A stretch of DNA of 64,000 nucleotides. It comes from Patescibacteria group bacterium (GTDB lineage Bacteria; Patescibacteriota; Microgenomatia; UBA1406; GWC2-37-13). The notes beneath the pieces are model-generated. The model saw nothing but the letters and a program-made list of their open reading frames with translations. It had not been told where the DNA came from and made no database searches. The DNA is taken from positions 37,579-101,578 of the forward strand of contig JAXLZQ010000003.1 in the NCBI GenBank assembly GCA_046350875.1. Direction: 5' to 3'. A program made the translations under genes and the position numbers. Below, one piece after another: positions 26,016-35,250 of this stretch (its first letter is position 1; every line of letters starts with the position of its first letter).

Positions 26016-27545
26016 ATGGGTGAAAGAAAAAAACTATCCCCTTGGGATAGTGCAAGAAGAGAATTTCGTTTGACTCCAACATATGGTCAACCTGACGAGT
26101 GGATTAGAATGGCTGCTCTAAAAAAGATTTATCAACTACTTTCAAATCACGAAGACCAAGATGAGGTTTCTCTATATGCAGCTTTGCTATTGCCTGAATC
26201 ACCAGAAAACAGTGAGAGTTTTGCGGCACTAGCAAGACAGTTCGAGAAAAGCTTAACTAAAAGTGCATATAACTGGGAAGAGTTGATTTCAATTGATATG
26301 CTAAGGATGCACCCAGAAGTGCCACTTCACATGAAAATGGGACATTATGGTTTTTCATTGCCAGGTGTTGAATACAAGCACAGAGGTGTGGATGACATGT
26401 CACTAAAACCCAAACCTTGCGGAGATTTCGTCGATTTAAAATATGTTTCTATAGGAGGTAAAGATTACGGTGTGCAGTTTGCGTGTGACGGAATCACGGT
26501 TCCAGGAGGTGCGAATGATTCCATGACCGCTCAGGAAATATCCAAAATATTCGATGATGGTTTCGATCTCAGGTCAGATCGTTATAACTCTACATTGCCA
26601 GCCCAATATATCCATAAGCTACATGAAGAATTGAGAAAAAGAGGAAAATATGGTGCAACAGCTGCATGTACCATGGTGCCCCTAGACAATAGAGAGGTGG
26701 CGTATTCTGCAATCGCAGGTGATTGTTCTGCCTATGCAATATATTTCAAAGATGGTCCAGAAGATATGAGGGTATTTTCTACCCCCAGAGGTAACAATGA
26801 CAAGTTTGATAATGTTACTGCAGGTGCCACACACGCCGCAAACAGCACAAATCTTTCACCTAGTGCTAGAAAATATTGGGCTAAAGATGCATCAGATTTT
26901 GTTCACACGACTGGTTTTGACCCTAATAATGCAAATTCTAACACGACAAAGATAAATAGATCGGAATTTGGAGTCGGTGTAATTGGAGCTGATGGCGATT
27001 TAGCTAAGAATATTAATATCTATAGTTTCCCACCTGCTGCTGAAGGTGAATCAAGAATCATAGTTACGTGTAGTGATGGTCTTGATGCTATCGCAAAATG
27101 CCTAAAAATCCCTCCATGGATGCTTGCGCTTATGAACCTTGAGGAAGTGGTTAATTACAATACTATTAGAGGTCCAAGAAAAGACAGGAGCGTGACACCA
27201 TATGGCAAAGGTTTGATAAAAGCGCGAAGTATTAGGTCTATTGGAGGCCCAAATATGTTGCCACTAGATTCTACTACTGTAGGCAATCTGATTCTTGCAT
27301 TATCAAAATATCTGACTGGTGAAATTCCATCTGATATGGAGGAAAGAGGCAAACATGATGACGTTGGGGCTGTTATCTCTGGTATTTTTGATCCGAGCAA
27401 ATTAAAAGATATTGTGAATTATGGCTCAACACTAAATGAATTTAGACGATTGGTTGAAGCTGTCCCAGTGTTTAAAAATGAAGGGAGGAAACGACATCAT
27501 AGAGGCATCCAAATAGCAGGCCAACTTCATCAATTTAGGTCTTAG
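26016..27545 (+). CDS. Hypothetical protein with PP2C-phosphatase-like motifs
   Basis: 509 aa. AIAGDCSAYAIY and IIVTCSDGLDAI resemble the PP2C motifs GDSRAY and SDGL. The rest is unrecognised. Confidence 0.4.
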   Translation: MGERKKLSPWDSARREFRLTPTYGQPDEWIRMAALKKIYQLLSNHEDQDEVSLYAALLLPESPENSESFAALARQFEKSLTKSAYNWEELISIDMLRMHPEVPLHMKMGHYGFSLPGVEYKHRGVDDMSLKPKPCGDFVDLKYVSIGGKDYGVQFACDGITVPGGANDSMTAQEISKIFDDGFDLRSDRYNSTLPAQYIHKLHEELRKRGKYGATAACTMVPLDNREVAYSAIAGDCSAYAIYFKDGPEDMRVFSTPRGNNDKFDNVTAGATHAANSTNLSPSARKYWAKDASDFVHTTGFDPNNANSNTTKINRSEFGVGVIGADGDLAKNINIYSFPPAAEGESRIIVTCSDGLDAIAKCLKIPPWMLALMNLEEVVNYNTIRGPRKDRSVTPYGKGLIKARSIRSIGGPNMLPLDSTTVGNLILALSKYLTGEIPSDMEERGKHDDVGAVISGIFDPSKLKDIVNYGSTLNEFRRLVEAVPVFKNEGRKRHHRGIQIAGQLHQFRS

Positions 27546-28000
27546 TTCCCTAATTCCCAGCGGAGCATCCGGCCCATCTTGATATTTTCGCCAAACTTGA
27601 GGATGGCGTCTTTGATGAGAGTGTCAATTGTTTTGCCAGAATCTCTGATATATTCTTGCTTTAAGAGTTCTTCTACATTCTCAGGTCTCATGGTGGCAAC
27701 TTGCATAGCAATTTCTTCTGCGAGTTTTCGGAATTCTGCATTGTTTGCCACAAAGTCTGTCTCTGTCATGAGCTCTATGAATGCTGCAACTTTTTTGTTG
27801 TGGTGGACGTATGATGCGATCACACCCTGTCCTGTTGACCTGTCAGCCTTATCAGCTGCTTTTTTCTCTCCCCATTTTGTCATAAGTTTTTTGGCTTTTT
27901 CGATATTATTCTCAGCTTCTTCCAGTGCTTTTTTGCATACAGAGAATGAGACACCAGTTTCTTCACGAAGTTTTTTTAGAAGGTTTAGATCAACTGCCAT
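27542..28000 (-). CDS. tsf: Elongation factor Ts (short form)
   Basis: 152 aa with an N-terminal UBA-like LREETGVSFSVCKKALEE and a TETDFVA motif. Confidence 0.8.
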   Translation of the reverse strand: MAVDLNLLKKLREETGVSFSVCKKALEEAENNIEKAKKLMTKWGEKKAADKADRSTGQGVIASYVHHNKKVAAFIELMTETDFVANNAEFRKLAEEIAMQVATMRPENVEELLKQEYIRDSGKTIDTLIKDAILKFGENIKMGRMLRWELGN

Positions 28001-28112
28001 ATATAGATAAAACTAAAATACAATAAAATGAAAACTCTAATATTTTACAACAATTCTAGTTACAAATGAAACCAAGACCAGTTTTGTCTCTGTCTCTAGC
28101 ATCAACTACGGG

Positions 28113-28988
28113 TTATTTGCTCTTTGTTGCTGCTTTTTTCTTGGCTGGTTTTGCAACTTTGGTCACCTTTTTTGCAGGTTTTTTGGCAGTCTCAACGACC
28201 TCTTCTTCACTTTCTGCTTTGGCTTTTGGAGCCTCTACTTTTGGTGTTTCAGCTTGCTTTGGAGCCTTTTCTACTTGTGGCTCAACTGCTTTTGGAGCTT
28301 CTTTTTTGAGATTGTTTTTGTAAGCAGCAATAAGCTCCTCTACAACAGCGATTACTGCAGCTGGTGCATCATCATTTAGAATGATTGGATATTCAACCTC
28401 GTTTGGATCACAGTTTGTATCAACTATTGCAACTACTGGGATTTTGTTTTTTTGAGCTTCAACTACAGCATTTTTTTCTCTCTTTGTGTCAATCACAAAC
28501 ATAACATCGGGGAGTCTTTGCATGCTGACTACTCCTCCATAGAGTTTTTCAAGTTTTCGTACTTGTTTTTCTAGAGCAACTTGCTCATGCTTTACATATT
28601 TTGCCCATTCTCCAGCCTCTTTTTGTCTTTTTAGCTCGACGAGTTTTTTAGTATTTTTGGCGATTGTGTCAAAATTTGTTAGAAGTCCTGGAAGCCATTT
28701 AGTTGTAATGAAGTTTCCTTCAGCGTCTTTTGCAAGTGTTTGGACATTTTGAGATACAGATTTTTTTGTAGCTACTACAAGGACAGATTTGCCGTTTCTG
28801 GCGACTTCGGATAGTGTTTTTACTGCTTTGTCGATTTGAGCTACAGTCTGTTCTAGATCTATTACAGAAGTTCCGTCAATTATTTCGTAAATGTAGGGTC
28901 TTGCTTTTGGATGAAGCCTACTTTTTCGGTGACCTAAATGACCACCAAGATCAAAGAGTTTTTGTGCGCGTGATAAAGTATCTGACAT
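28113..28988 (-). CDS. rpsB: 30S ribosomal protein S2 with a Lys/Ala/Glu-rich C-terminal tail
   Basis: uS2 core (GGHLGHRKSRLHPKARPYIY; VDTNCDP) followed by a low-complexity tail of about 70 aa. Confidence 0.9.
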   Translation of the reverse strand: MSDTLSRAQKLFDLGGHLGHRKSRLHPKARPYIYEIIDGTSVIDLEQTVAQIDKAVKTLSEVARNGKSVLVVATKKSVSQNVQTLAKDAEGNFITTKWLPGLLTNFDTIAKNTKKLVELKRQKEAGEWAKYVKHEQVALEKQVRKLEKLYGGVVSMQRLPDVMFVIDTKREKNAVVEAQKNKIPVVAIVDTNCDPNEVEYPIILNDDAPAAVIAVVEELIAAYKNNLKKEAPKAVEPQVEKAPKQAETPKVEAPKAKAESEEEVVETAKKPAKKVTKVAKPAKKKAATKSK

Positions 28989-29094
28989 AGTGTTATGGTG
29001 ACTAATTGTATCAATAAATAGCCAAAAAACAAGGGTACTGGCTGAGATGCAAGTTTATCTCAAACGATTGTTGGCTTATATTTACTTTGTTATA

Positions 29095-29991
29095 TTACTT
29101 TATTATTGAAGTAATATAGTTTCGAATATCTTGACCAAGCTCTTCGTGAGCTAACGCAAAATCAATAATTGTTTTTAGGTATTCAAGTTTGTTGCCTGTG
29201 TCATAGTATTTTCCGTTTTGGATTTCGTATGCGATGACTTTCTTACCATCGTTGAGCATGAGTTTTAGTGCGTCATTGTAATAAAGCTCATTTCCTGGTT
29301 CGAGTTTTTCGTACGCCTTGTCTAGATAAGTGAATATATCAGGTGTGAAAACATACCCTGAGACATTGGCTAGATCTGATGGGGCGTTTTTCTTGCCTGG
29401 TTTTTCGATAATTGTCTGCACATCAATCACGCCATCTCTCACTTGTGTTCCTCCTGCTATGCCATATCTATCGTAGTCTTCATCCTTCTTACATCTGATA
29501 CTTGATAGGATTGAACAATCAAACTCTTCATAAGCCTCAAGGAGTTGTTGAAAACGGCTTTTTGGTTTGGCTGCAATAAAATCATCACTCCAAGTGTATA
29601 TGAATGGTTCATCTCCTATGATCGACCTTACATTTAGCAAAGGGGTCCCGTTGCCATATGGGCCTTTTTGTCTTACATATACAAAGTTTGCCATGTCTGC
29701 AATTCCGTAAACCTCATCAAGAAGTGGTTTTTTCTTGGGTCCGCCCATTTTGAGATTTTCGATAAGATCCATACTTGGGGAGTCAAAGTGGTCTTCTATA
29801 GTTCTTTTGTGGTAGCCTGTGACGATCACTATGTCCTTGATACCAACGCTTACAAGCTCTTCCACGATGTATTGAATGATTGGCTTATCGACGACAGGCA
29901 ACATCTCTTTTGGCATTGCCTTAGTTTGTGGTAAAAACCTAGTTCCAAATCCTGCTGCAGGTATAACTGCTTTTGTTATTTTCTTTTTCAT
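29095..29991 (-). CDS. galU: UTP--glucose-1-phosphate uridylyltransferase
   Basis: 298 aa with AVIPAAGFGTRFLPQTKAMPKEMLPVVDKP. Confidence 0.85.
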   Translation of the reverse strand: MKKKITKAVIPAAGFGTRFLPQTKAMPKEMLPVVDKPIIQYIVEELVSVGIKDIVIVTGYHKRTIEDHFDSPSMDLIENLKMGGPKKKPLLDEVYGIADMANFVYVRQKGPYGNGTPLLNVRSIIGDEPFIYTWSDDFIAAKPKSRFQQLLEAYEEFDCSILSSIRCKKDEDYDRYGIAGGTQVRDGVIDVQTIIEKPGKKNAPSDLANVSGYVFTPDIFTYLDKAYEKLEPGNELYYNDALKLMLNDGKKVIAYEIQNGKYYDTGNKLEYLKTIIDFALAHEELGQDIRNYITSIIK

Positions 29992-30035
29992 AAAAATTAA
30001 ATAACTAATAAGGGTTGACAGTATATCATGAACAA

Positions 30036-30602
30036 TTACTGATCATTTACTTTTACGGTTACGCTTTGGGCAAGTTTTTGGTTGTCTGCATAGGGAGTGA
30101 GTTCTGCCACCCCTCCTTCACTTGAGGTGAAAGTGAATACTGCAGTGCCATTTTCATCAGTTGTTGTTGTCGCCGGGACAACATTTCCTAAGCTAGTTGT
30201 TAGGGCCACCACTTTGTTTGGAATGGGTTTTCCTTCTTCTGAGATTAGAAATACTTGCACGCTACTTTCTCCCACAGCTTTGTCAATTGTTAATGGATAA
30301 GCAAATACCATAGATTTGACAGGTGAGGCTTTTGCTGTTGAACCTGCAAAAATAAGTGGAGCAATATTGTTTACATATAGCAAATAGCCTGCAAATGCTA
30401 CAAAAGCAACGCCTGTTACGATGGCCATCCACAAAAATCTCCAATCTATTTTTTTCTTGATAGGCTTGAAATTGGGGTTGTTTTTGGAAGCAACAAGCGG
30501 CACACTTGCGATCGTCACTCCCGCTTGAGATTTTGATTTTATGTTGCCCGAATTTATTTCGACCTCTTTGTTTTGGTGGTTTTTTTCTTCTGTAGGTTGC
30601 AT
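30036..30602 (-). CDS. Hypothetical membrane-anchored protein with an Ig-like beta domain
   Basis: 188 aa with one TM helix. The C-terminal part has the beta-rich pattern of bacterial Ig-like domains. Confidence 0.4.
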   Translation of the reverse strand: MQPTEEKNHQNKEVEINSGNIKSKSQAGVTIASVPLVASKNNPNFKPIKKKIDWRFLWMAIVTGVAFVAFAGYLLYVNNIAPLIFAGSTAKASPVKSMVFAYPLTIDKAVGESSVQVFLISEEGKPIPNKVVALTTSLGNVVPATTTTDENGTAVFTFTSSEGGVAELTPYADNQKLAQSVTVKVNDQ

Positions 30603-31315
30603 AATCCAGGGACCTTCCTAGCTAATGATTGTACTATCATCTCATGAATTGATGCAATAGGCAAAATGCTTTTATCTTTGGCCATGCAGTTTATTACTTC
30701 CCAGTGATTATTCATTTTTGAAAGTTTGAGATACATTTTGGCGGAATCTATTTGATGTTTTAGATTTTTCTCAGCTATATCCATTTTCTTCTTGATATAA
30801 ATTCTTTGTGATTTTTTAGCTGTAAGTTTTCGGGCAACAGTTGGGGTGACTTGTAGATATATGACAACATCTTCTTTTGGTAAGCCCAACTCTTTGTATT
30901 CTAGCTTTGTTGCCCAGTCATAAAACTCATTTTGCTTAGATTTAGTTTTGAACTTTGCGGTTTGATGAGCAAGGCTTGAGGATGTGTATCTGTTGCTGAC
31001 AATCCATCCCCCACTATTCAACCAGTTACTTATATTATTACTTTCTGACCAACGATCCAAAGCATAAGTGAGTGAGGCTAAATAGGGTGAAACTTCATCT
31101 AGTGAACCAAATTCGCCAGCCAAAAATCTACCTGCCAATTTGCCAAAATATTTCTCATATTGAGGGAAGTCGAAGTATTTTACCCTGATTTTGTTTTTCT
31201 TAAGATAATCAATAAGTAGTTTCGCTTGTGTTGCTTTCCCGCTTCCATCACCTCCATCTATTACAATAAATTTTCCTTTTGAGCTGTTGGATTTACTCAC
31301 ATTTTTCATATTCAT
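30554..31315 (-). CDS. tmk: Thymidylate kinase
   Basis: 253 aa with the P-loop FIVIDGGDGSGKATQ and a DRW/LID-type region. Confidence 0.8.
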   Translation of the reverse strand: MNMKNVSKSNSSKGKFIVIDGGDGSGKATQAKLLIDYLKKNKIRVKYFDFPQYEKYFGKLAGRFLAGEFGSLDEVSPYLASLTYALDRWSESNNISNWLNSGGWIVSNRYTSSSLAHQTAKFKTKSKQNEFYDWATKLEYKELGLPKEDVVIYLQVTPTVARKLTAKKSQRIYIKKKMDIAEKNLKHQIDSAKMYLKLSKMNNHWEVINCMAKDKSILPIASIHEMIVQSLARKVPGLCNLQKKKTTKTKRSK

Positions 31316-31448
31316 ATTTTTGACACATTGTAGTGATGTAGAAAACTCAGATCAATATATCTAACTATTACAAAGGGTGTAGTTTTTGGTGAAAAAATAA
31401 TTATTATAATTTACTACTCTCTACAACCTGCTACCTACACCCTAAGCT

Positions 31449-33689
31449 TTATACTTCCACCGTAGATCCGGCTTTTGCCTCGCCAGTAAGCACTTTTTGA
31501 GCTATTGTAGTTTCTATTACCTGCTGAATTGCTCTTTCTAGGTTTCGAGCTCCATATGCAGGGTTGAATTTTTCTTTGAGAATTGACTGAATGGTTTCGT
31601 CTTTCACATTTACAGTGACTCCATGATTTTGCGCAATATCTGAGGCGACTCTATCTATCATTTTTTTTGCAATGGCATAAGCATTAAGTCCAGTCAAAGG
31701 CTCAAAAGCAATTACTCCATCAAAACGGTTTAGGAATTCTGGTGAAAAGTATCTATTTGTAATAAGAAAATCCATTATGTCACCTTGTACGCCAGCTTCT
31801 GCATTTTTGTTTGTGAGATTGGAATAAAATTCTATCGCTCCGGCGTTACTGGTAGCTATTACTACAAGTGACTTACAGTCGACTTTTTTGCCATTTGCAT
31901 CTGAAATATAACCTTCATCAAGAAGTGACAAAAATATATTCAAAAGGTTTTTATGTGCTTTTTCTATCTCGTCAAGTAAAAGCACTCCATATGGCTGTTC
32001 TCGGATCCTTGAGATTAACTGTCCTGGCTCTCCACTTGTCACGTCTCCTATGAGATGTGGAATATCCTCCACTCTCTGGAATTCAGACATATCAAAACGA
32101 ATTATCCTATGCTCGGTATCAAAAAACTCCTTCGCTAAGATTTTTGCTGTTTCAGTTTTTCCTACACCAGTTGGCCCAAGAAATAGAAAAGATGCTAGGG
32201 GTTTGGTTCTTTTGCCAAGAAGCAAAAATGATCTTTGTAAGGCGTCTGATAGGTTTTTGATTGCTTTTTGCTGACCTATGACACCAGAACCCAACTTGTC
32301 GTTTATTGTGAGTAGCTTTTCTTTGAATGATTTGTTGAGAGTTGTTGGTGTGTGAGTGCGTTTTGAAAGCACTACATCAATTATCTCTGGCGCCACAACA
32401 TGTTCTGAATTTTTGGGAATATTTGGGTTGTTACTTGTGTATACACATGCGTCGTCCAGTATTTGTAAAGCTTTCTCAGGAAATGGAATTTCCGAAATAA
32501 AGAAAGCGCTTTTATCAATAGACGCCACAAGAGTTTCATATGGAATTATCACGTCATAACGCATTTCGAATCTATGACAATGATCCAGAAGTATTACAAG
32601 CGCTAATTCTTTTGTAACTTCTTTGAGTTCGATAAGTGTGAAGCTAGATCTGAGGAAGTCTTTGGGATAGAGATATTTCTGATACGCGTAAGGTGTGGAA
32701 AGTCCTACGACATGTATTCTGTTGCTTCGTGTGAATTTCTCAAGTGGTATGGAGAGGTCCACTCTACCTTCTCCGCTACTTAGATATCTATCAATATTTT
32801 CAAAAACAAATATTATGCTTCCAGCTTTGTCAGCTCCGTCAAAAAGCGACTCAAGTATATTCTCTCTTATTTTGGGGTCTGTATTTTCTGATAAAACTCT
32901 TTCGAAATTGATTTTTAGAAGTCTTTTGAATGATAGTAGTGGGTTGCCTCTGCCAATATGTATCCTGTATGCCAAAGACTCAATAACAGTTAGTTTGCCG
33001 ACTCCTTCCTCACCAATAAGCAGTATATTTGCACCCTGATTTTTGCAAAGAACATTTTCGATTTCTTGCATTTCTTTCTCACGGCCCAAAGTCATGGGTC
33101 TGCTTTCAAATTGATCAGCATGCGCCGACATATCTATCGCGTACTTATCTAGTGTTGGAGTGAAGCCATGAGTCCAGTCCCGTCCTATTGGAACAGTGTT
33201 AAAAAGATTGTCCAGCTCCCACCACATTTTGAGATGTTCGCGATTGCGATACCATGCATCAAACCACCCTTCGACGATCTCGCGGTTTGCAATATCAAGT
33301 AAGTGTGAGTCCACAAACCGTTGCTTTTCAGCTTCATATTTTTCCTTATCCGTTGTCGAGAATGTTTTTATTGCGAATTGTAATGGGAATATAAGCACTC
33401 CATAAAAAATGACAATGATTATCGCTGTTGGCAAAAAGACTAATTGAACGAAAAGATATGTGGCGATTGTGGCAAGCCTCACAAAAAAGCCAATACCTCT
33501 TGACACAAGCTCCATACTAAGCTCATTGCCAAAATCTGAGAAAGAGAATCCTTTGCTTTCTTTTTTTGACACAATTCTTTTCCACGGAGAGAAAAGACTT
33601 CCAATCATTGCATCGACTGAGAAGTAATAAGGGAGGAATATAAAAATATTCGTCAGTGCTTTGATGAGGGTTGGGAATGATGAAAACAT
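31449..33689 (-). CDS. Membrane-anchored Clp/Hsp100-type AAA+ ATPase with a degenerate first nucleotide-binding domain
   Basis: 746 aa with N-terminal TM helices. D1 has GEEGVGKLT (Leu at the Walker A S/T position) and FVFENID in place of hhhhDE. D2 is canonical (GPTGVGKTE, LLLDEIEKAH). Confidence 0.75.
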   Translation of the reverse strand: MFSSFPTLIKALTNIFIFLPYYFSVDAMIGSLFSPWKRIVSKKESKGFSFSDFGNELSMELVSRGIGFFVRLATIATYLFVQLVFLPTAIIIVIFYGVLIFPLQFAIKTFSTTDKEKYEAEKQRFVDSHLLDIANREIVEGWFDAWYRNREHLKMWWELDNLFNTVPIGRDWTHGFTPTLDKYAIDMSAHADQFESRPMTLGREKEMQEIENVLCKNQGANILLIGEEGVGKLTVIESLAYRIHIGRGNPLLSFKRLLKINFERVLSENTDPKIRENILESLFDGADKAGSIIFVFENIDRYLSSGEGRVDLSIPLEKFTRSNRIHVVGLSTPYAYQKYLYPKDFLRSSFTLIELKEVTKELALVILLDHCHRFEMRYDVIIPYETLVASIDKSAFFISEIPFPEKALQILDDACVYTSNNPNIPKNSEHVVAPEIIDVVLSKRTHTPTTLNKSFKEKLLTINDKLGSGVIGQQKAIKNLSDALQRSFLLLGKRTKPLASFLFLGPTGVGKTETAKILAKEFFDTEHRIIRFDMSEFQRVEDIPHLIGDVTSGEPGQLISRIREQPYGVLLLDEIEKAHKNLLNIFLSLLDEGYISDANGKKVDCKSLVVIATSNAGAIEFYSNLTNKNAEAGVQGDIMDFLITNRYFSPEFLNRFDGVIAFEPLTGLNAYAIAKKMIDRVASDIAQNHGVTVNVKDETIQSILKEKFNPAYGARNLERAIQQVIETTIAQKVLTGEAKAGSTVEV

Positions 33690-33691
33690 TA

Positions 33692-34774
33692 TTATTTATT
33701 AACTTGACTCACAGCCTTTGTTGCTTCTGTTGCAACTGCCGTGGCTCCTAACATGATGCCTAAGCCTCCTGCAACGATAAGCACTTTCATAGCTGTAACT
33801 TTGGTCTTGAATCTAGGTTTACTCTTCTCGTTTGCTGCATCAATTTCGTTGATTTTATTTTCTAAATCTTTCATTTTTGACGCTCTTTCTTCTTCTTTAC
33901 TATCAGATACTGTCAATACCTCTTTTGCAAGCCTAAATGCATTACCCCAGCTTGCGCTTTTGTCTTCATCTTTTTCTTTACTCTCTTCACCCTCTTTTGT
34001 ACGTTGGCCCTCAGCTTTAGAAGTATCTTTGTCACTTGCATTATTTTCTTTCTGTCTCTCTGTAACTTTCTCCCCACCATTAATAATATTTGTATATTCT
34101 GCTTCTGCATCTTTTAGAGCATCAAGCTGTTCGCCAAGTTCCTGTTGCCAATTATCAAATTCTACAGGTTCTTTATACGGATCGGGTTGAGGGTGTTCTC
34201 TCATGTATTCTTGAACTGTAGTGGTGCGAAGAGCATTGCTTCTAGCCTCTGAACTATTTTTGAGATAAATAGAGTTGTACTCTGCGATTTTTGCTGGGTC
34301 ATTCGGTAAGCCATTCTCAAATTTGACGTCTGGGTATTTCTCTGCGAAAGCCTCTTGGGCTTTTTTGTTTGCTTGCACCAATTCTTGTTTTAGATTATTA
34401 TCATAAGACTCCTTAATTCTTGCGATTTCAGTTGTCGGTTCGTTATTTGTTTCGATGCTTTTAGCGTCGCCTTGAATTTCAGGTCCTCCTCCAGCTTGTG
34501 CAACTTTACCAGAAGCTATATCGTCAACAGCTCCTGCCACATTTTCAGGTCCACCTGTTATAGCCTCAGATGCCTTATCGGCAGCTGCGCTTTTAATGCC
34601 ACTTCCCGCTCCTTCAGCAGCATTTGCAACAGTTTTTTCACCAGTCTGTACTGCCGCATTTAAACCCTCTGCAGAAACTCTAGTAGCGGCTGTTTTTAAT
34701 GCAGTATTTACTACAACATCTTTACCAGTATTAACAGCAGTATCAGCTACGATTTTCGCACCACTTTCTACCAT
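33692..34774 (-). CDS. Hypothetical low-complexity, tail-anchored protein
   Basis: 360 aa with an Ala/Gly/Thr-rich N-part, a charged middle and a single C-terminal TM helix. Confidence 0.45.
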   Translation of the reverse strand: MVESGAKIVADTAVNTGKDVVVNTALKTAATRVSAEGLNAAVQTGEKTVANAAEGAGSGIKSAAADKASEAITGGPENVAGAVDDIASGKVAQAGGGPEIQGDAKSIETNNEPTTEIARIKESYDNNLKQELVQANKKAQEAFAEKYPDVKFENGLPNDPAKIAEYNSIYLKNSSEARSNALRTTTVQEYMREHPQPDPYKEPVEFDNWQQELGEQLDALKDAEAEYTNIINGGEKVTERQKENNASDKDTSKAEGQRTKEGEESKEKDEDKSASWGNAFRLAKEVLTVSDSKEEERASKMKDLENKINEIDAANEKSKPRFKTKVTAMKVLIVAGGLGIMLGATAVATEATKAVSQVNK

Positions 34775-34776
34775 AT

Positions 34777-35100
34777 TTAATTTTCCTTAGCAATTTGTAA
34801 GGCGGCGTCGATGTTGTCTTCTTTCAAATGTTTGTGCATGAGTTCTATCTTTTGAGTAGTTTCTTCTTCCATTTTCATACTTTTGGCATAGTCAAACATA
34901 GGCCCAAAATTAGGAAACTTGCTCACAAAAAATTCGCTTTTTAGCTCTGCCTCGCTCCAATTATTCCATGGTCGCATTGCCTGCATCACTTTTGCGGCTA
35001 TTTTTATCTGTGCATCATCTACTTTATTGCTTTTTGAGAGGTCAACAATACATTGAAGAAATTTTTTTTCCATTACAAACTGGATTTGAACAGAGTCCAT
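34777..35100 (-). CDS. Hypothetical protein
   Basis: 107-aa ORF tightly packed (2-nt gaps) with the two downstream genes. Confidence 0.4.
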   Translation of the reverse strand: MDSVQIQFVMEKKFLQCIVDLSKSNKVDDAQIKIAAKVMQAMRPWNNWSEAELKSEFFVSKFPNFGPMFDYAKSMKMEEETTQKIELMHKHLKEDNIDAALQIAKEN

Positions 35101-35147
35101 GTATTATTTATATCAGTTTTTTCGGGAGCTTTGCAAGGGGGAGACAC

Positions 35148-35243
35148 AAATTCCGAGTTCCCTGCCTTGCCGGCAGGCAGGCAAATTCCAAATTCCTAGT
35201 TATTAAAGACAACTCAACTTGGAACTTGGCACGTGGAATGCGG
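35148..35243 (-). terminator. Composite hairpin downstream of recG: inverted heptamer arrays around a GC-rich palindrome
   Basis: AAATTCCGAGTTCC + CCTGCCTTGCCGGCAGGCAGG + CAAATTCCAAATTCC faces ACTTGGAACTTGGCACGTGGAAT. Confidence 0.45.
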
Positions 35244-35250
35244 TACTTTT

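Noticed and set aside
27579-28010. 143-aa plus-strand ORF
   Set aside because: It is antisense to tsf, whose identity is clear.
33741-34190. 149-aa plus-strand ORF, plus other shadow ORFs in 33.7-34.8 kb
   Set aside because: These are antisense to the low-complexity tail-anchored protein gene and are repeat-driven open frames.
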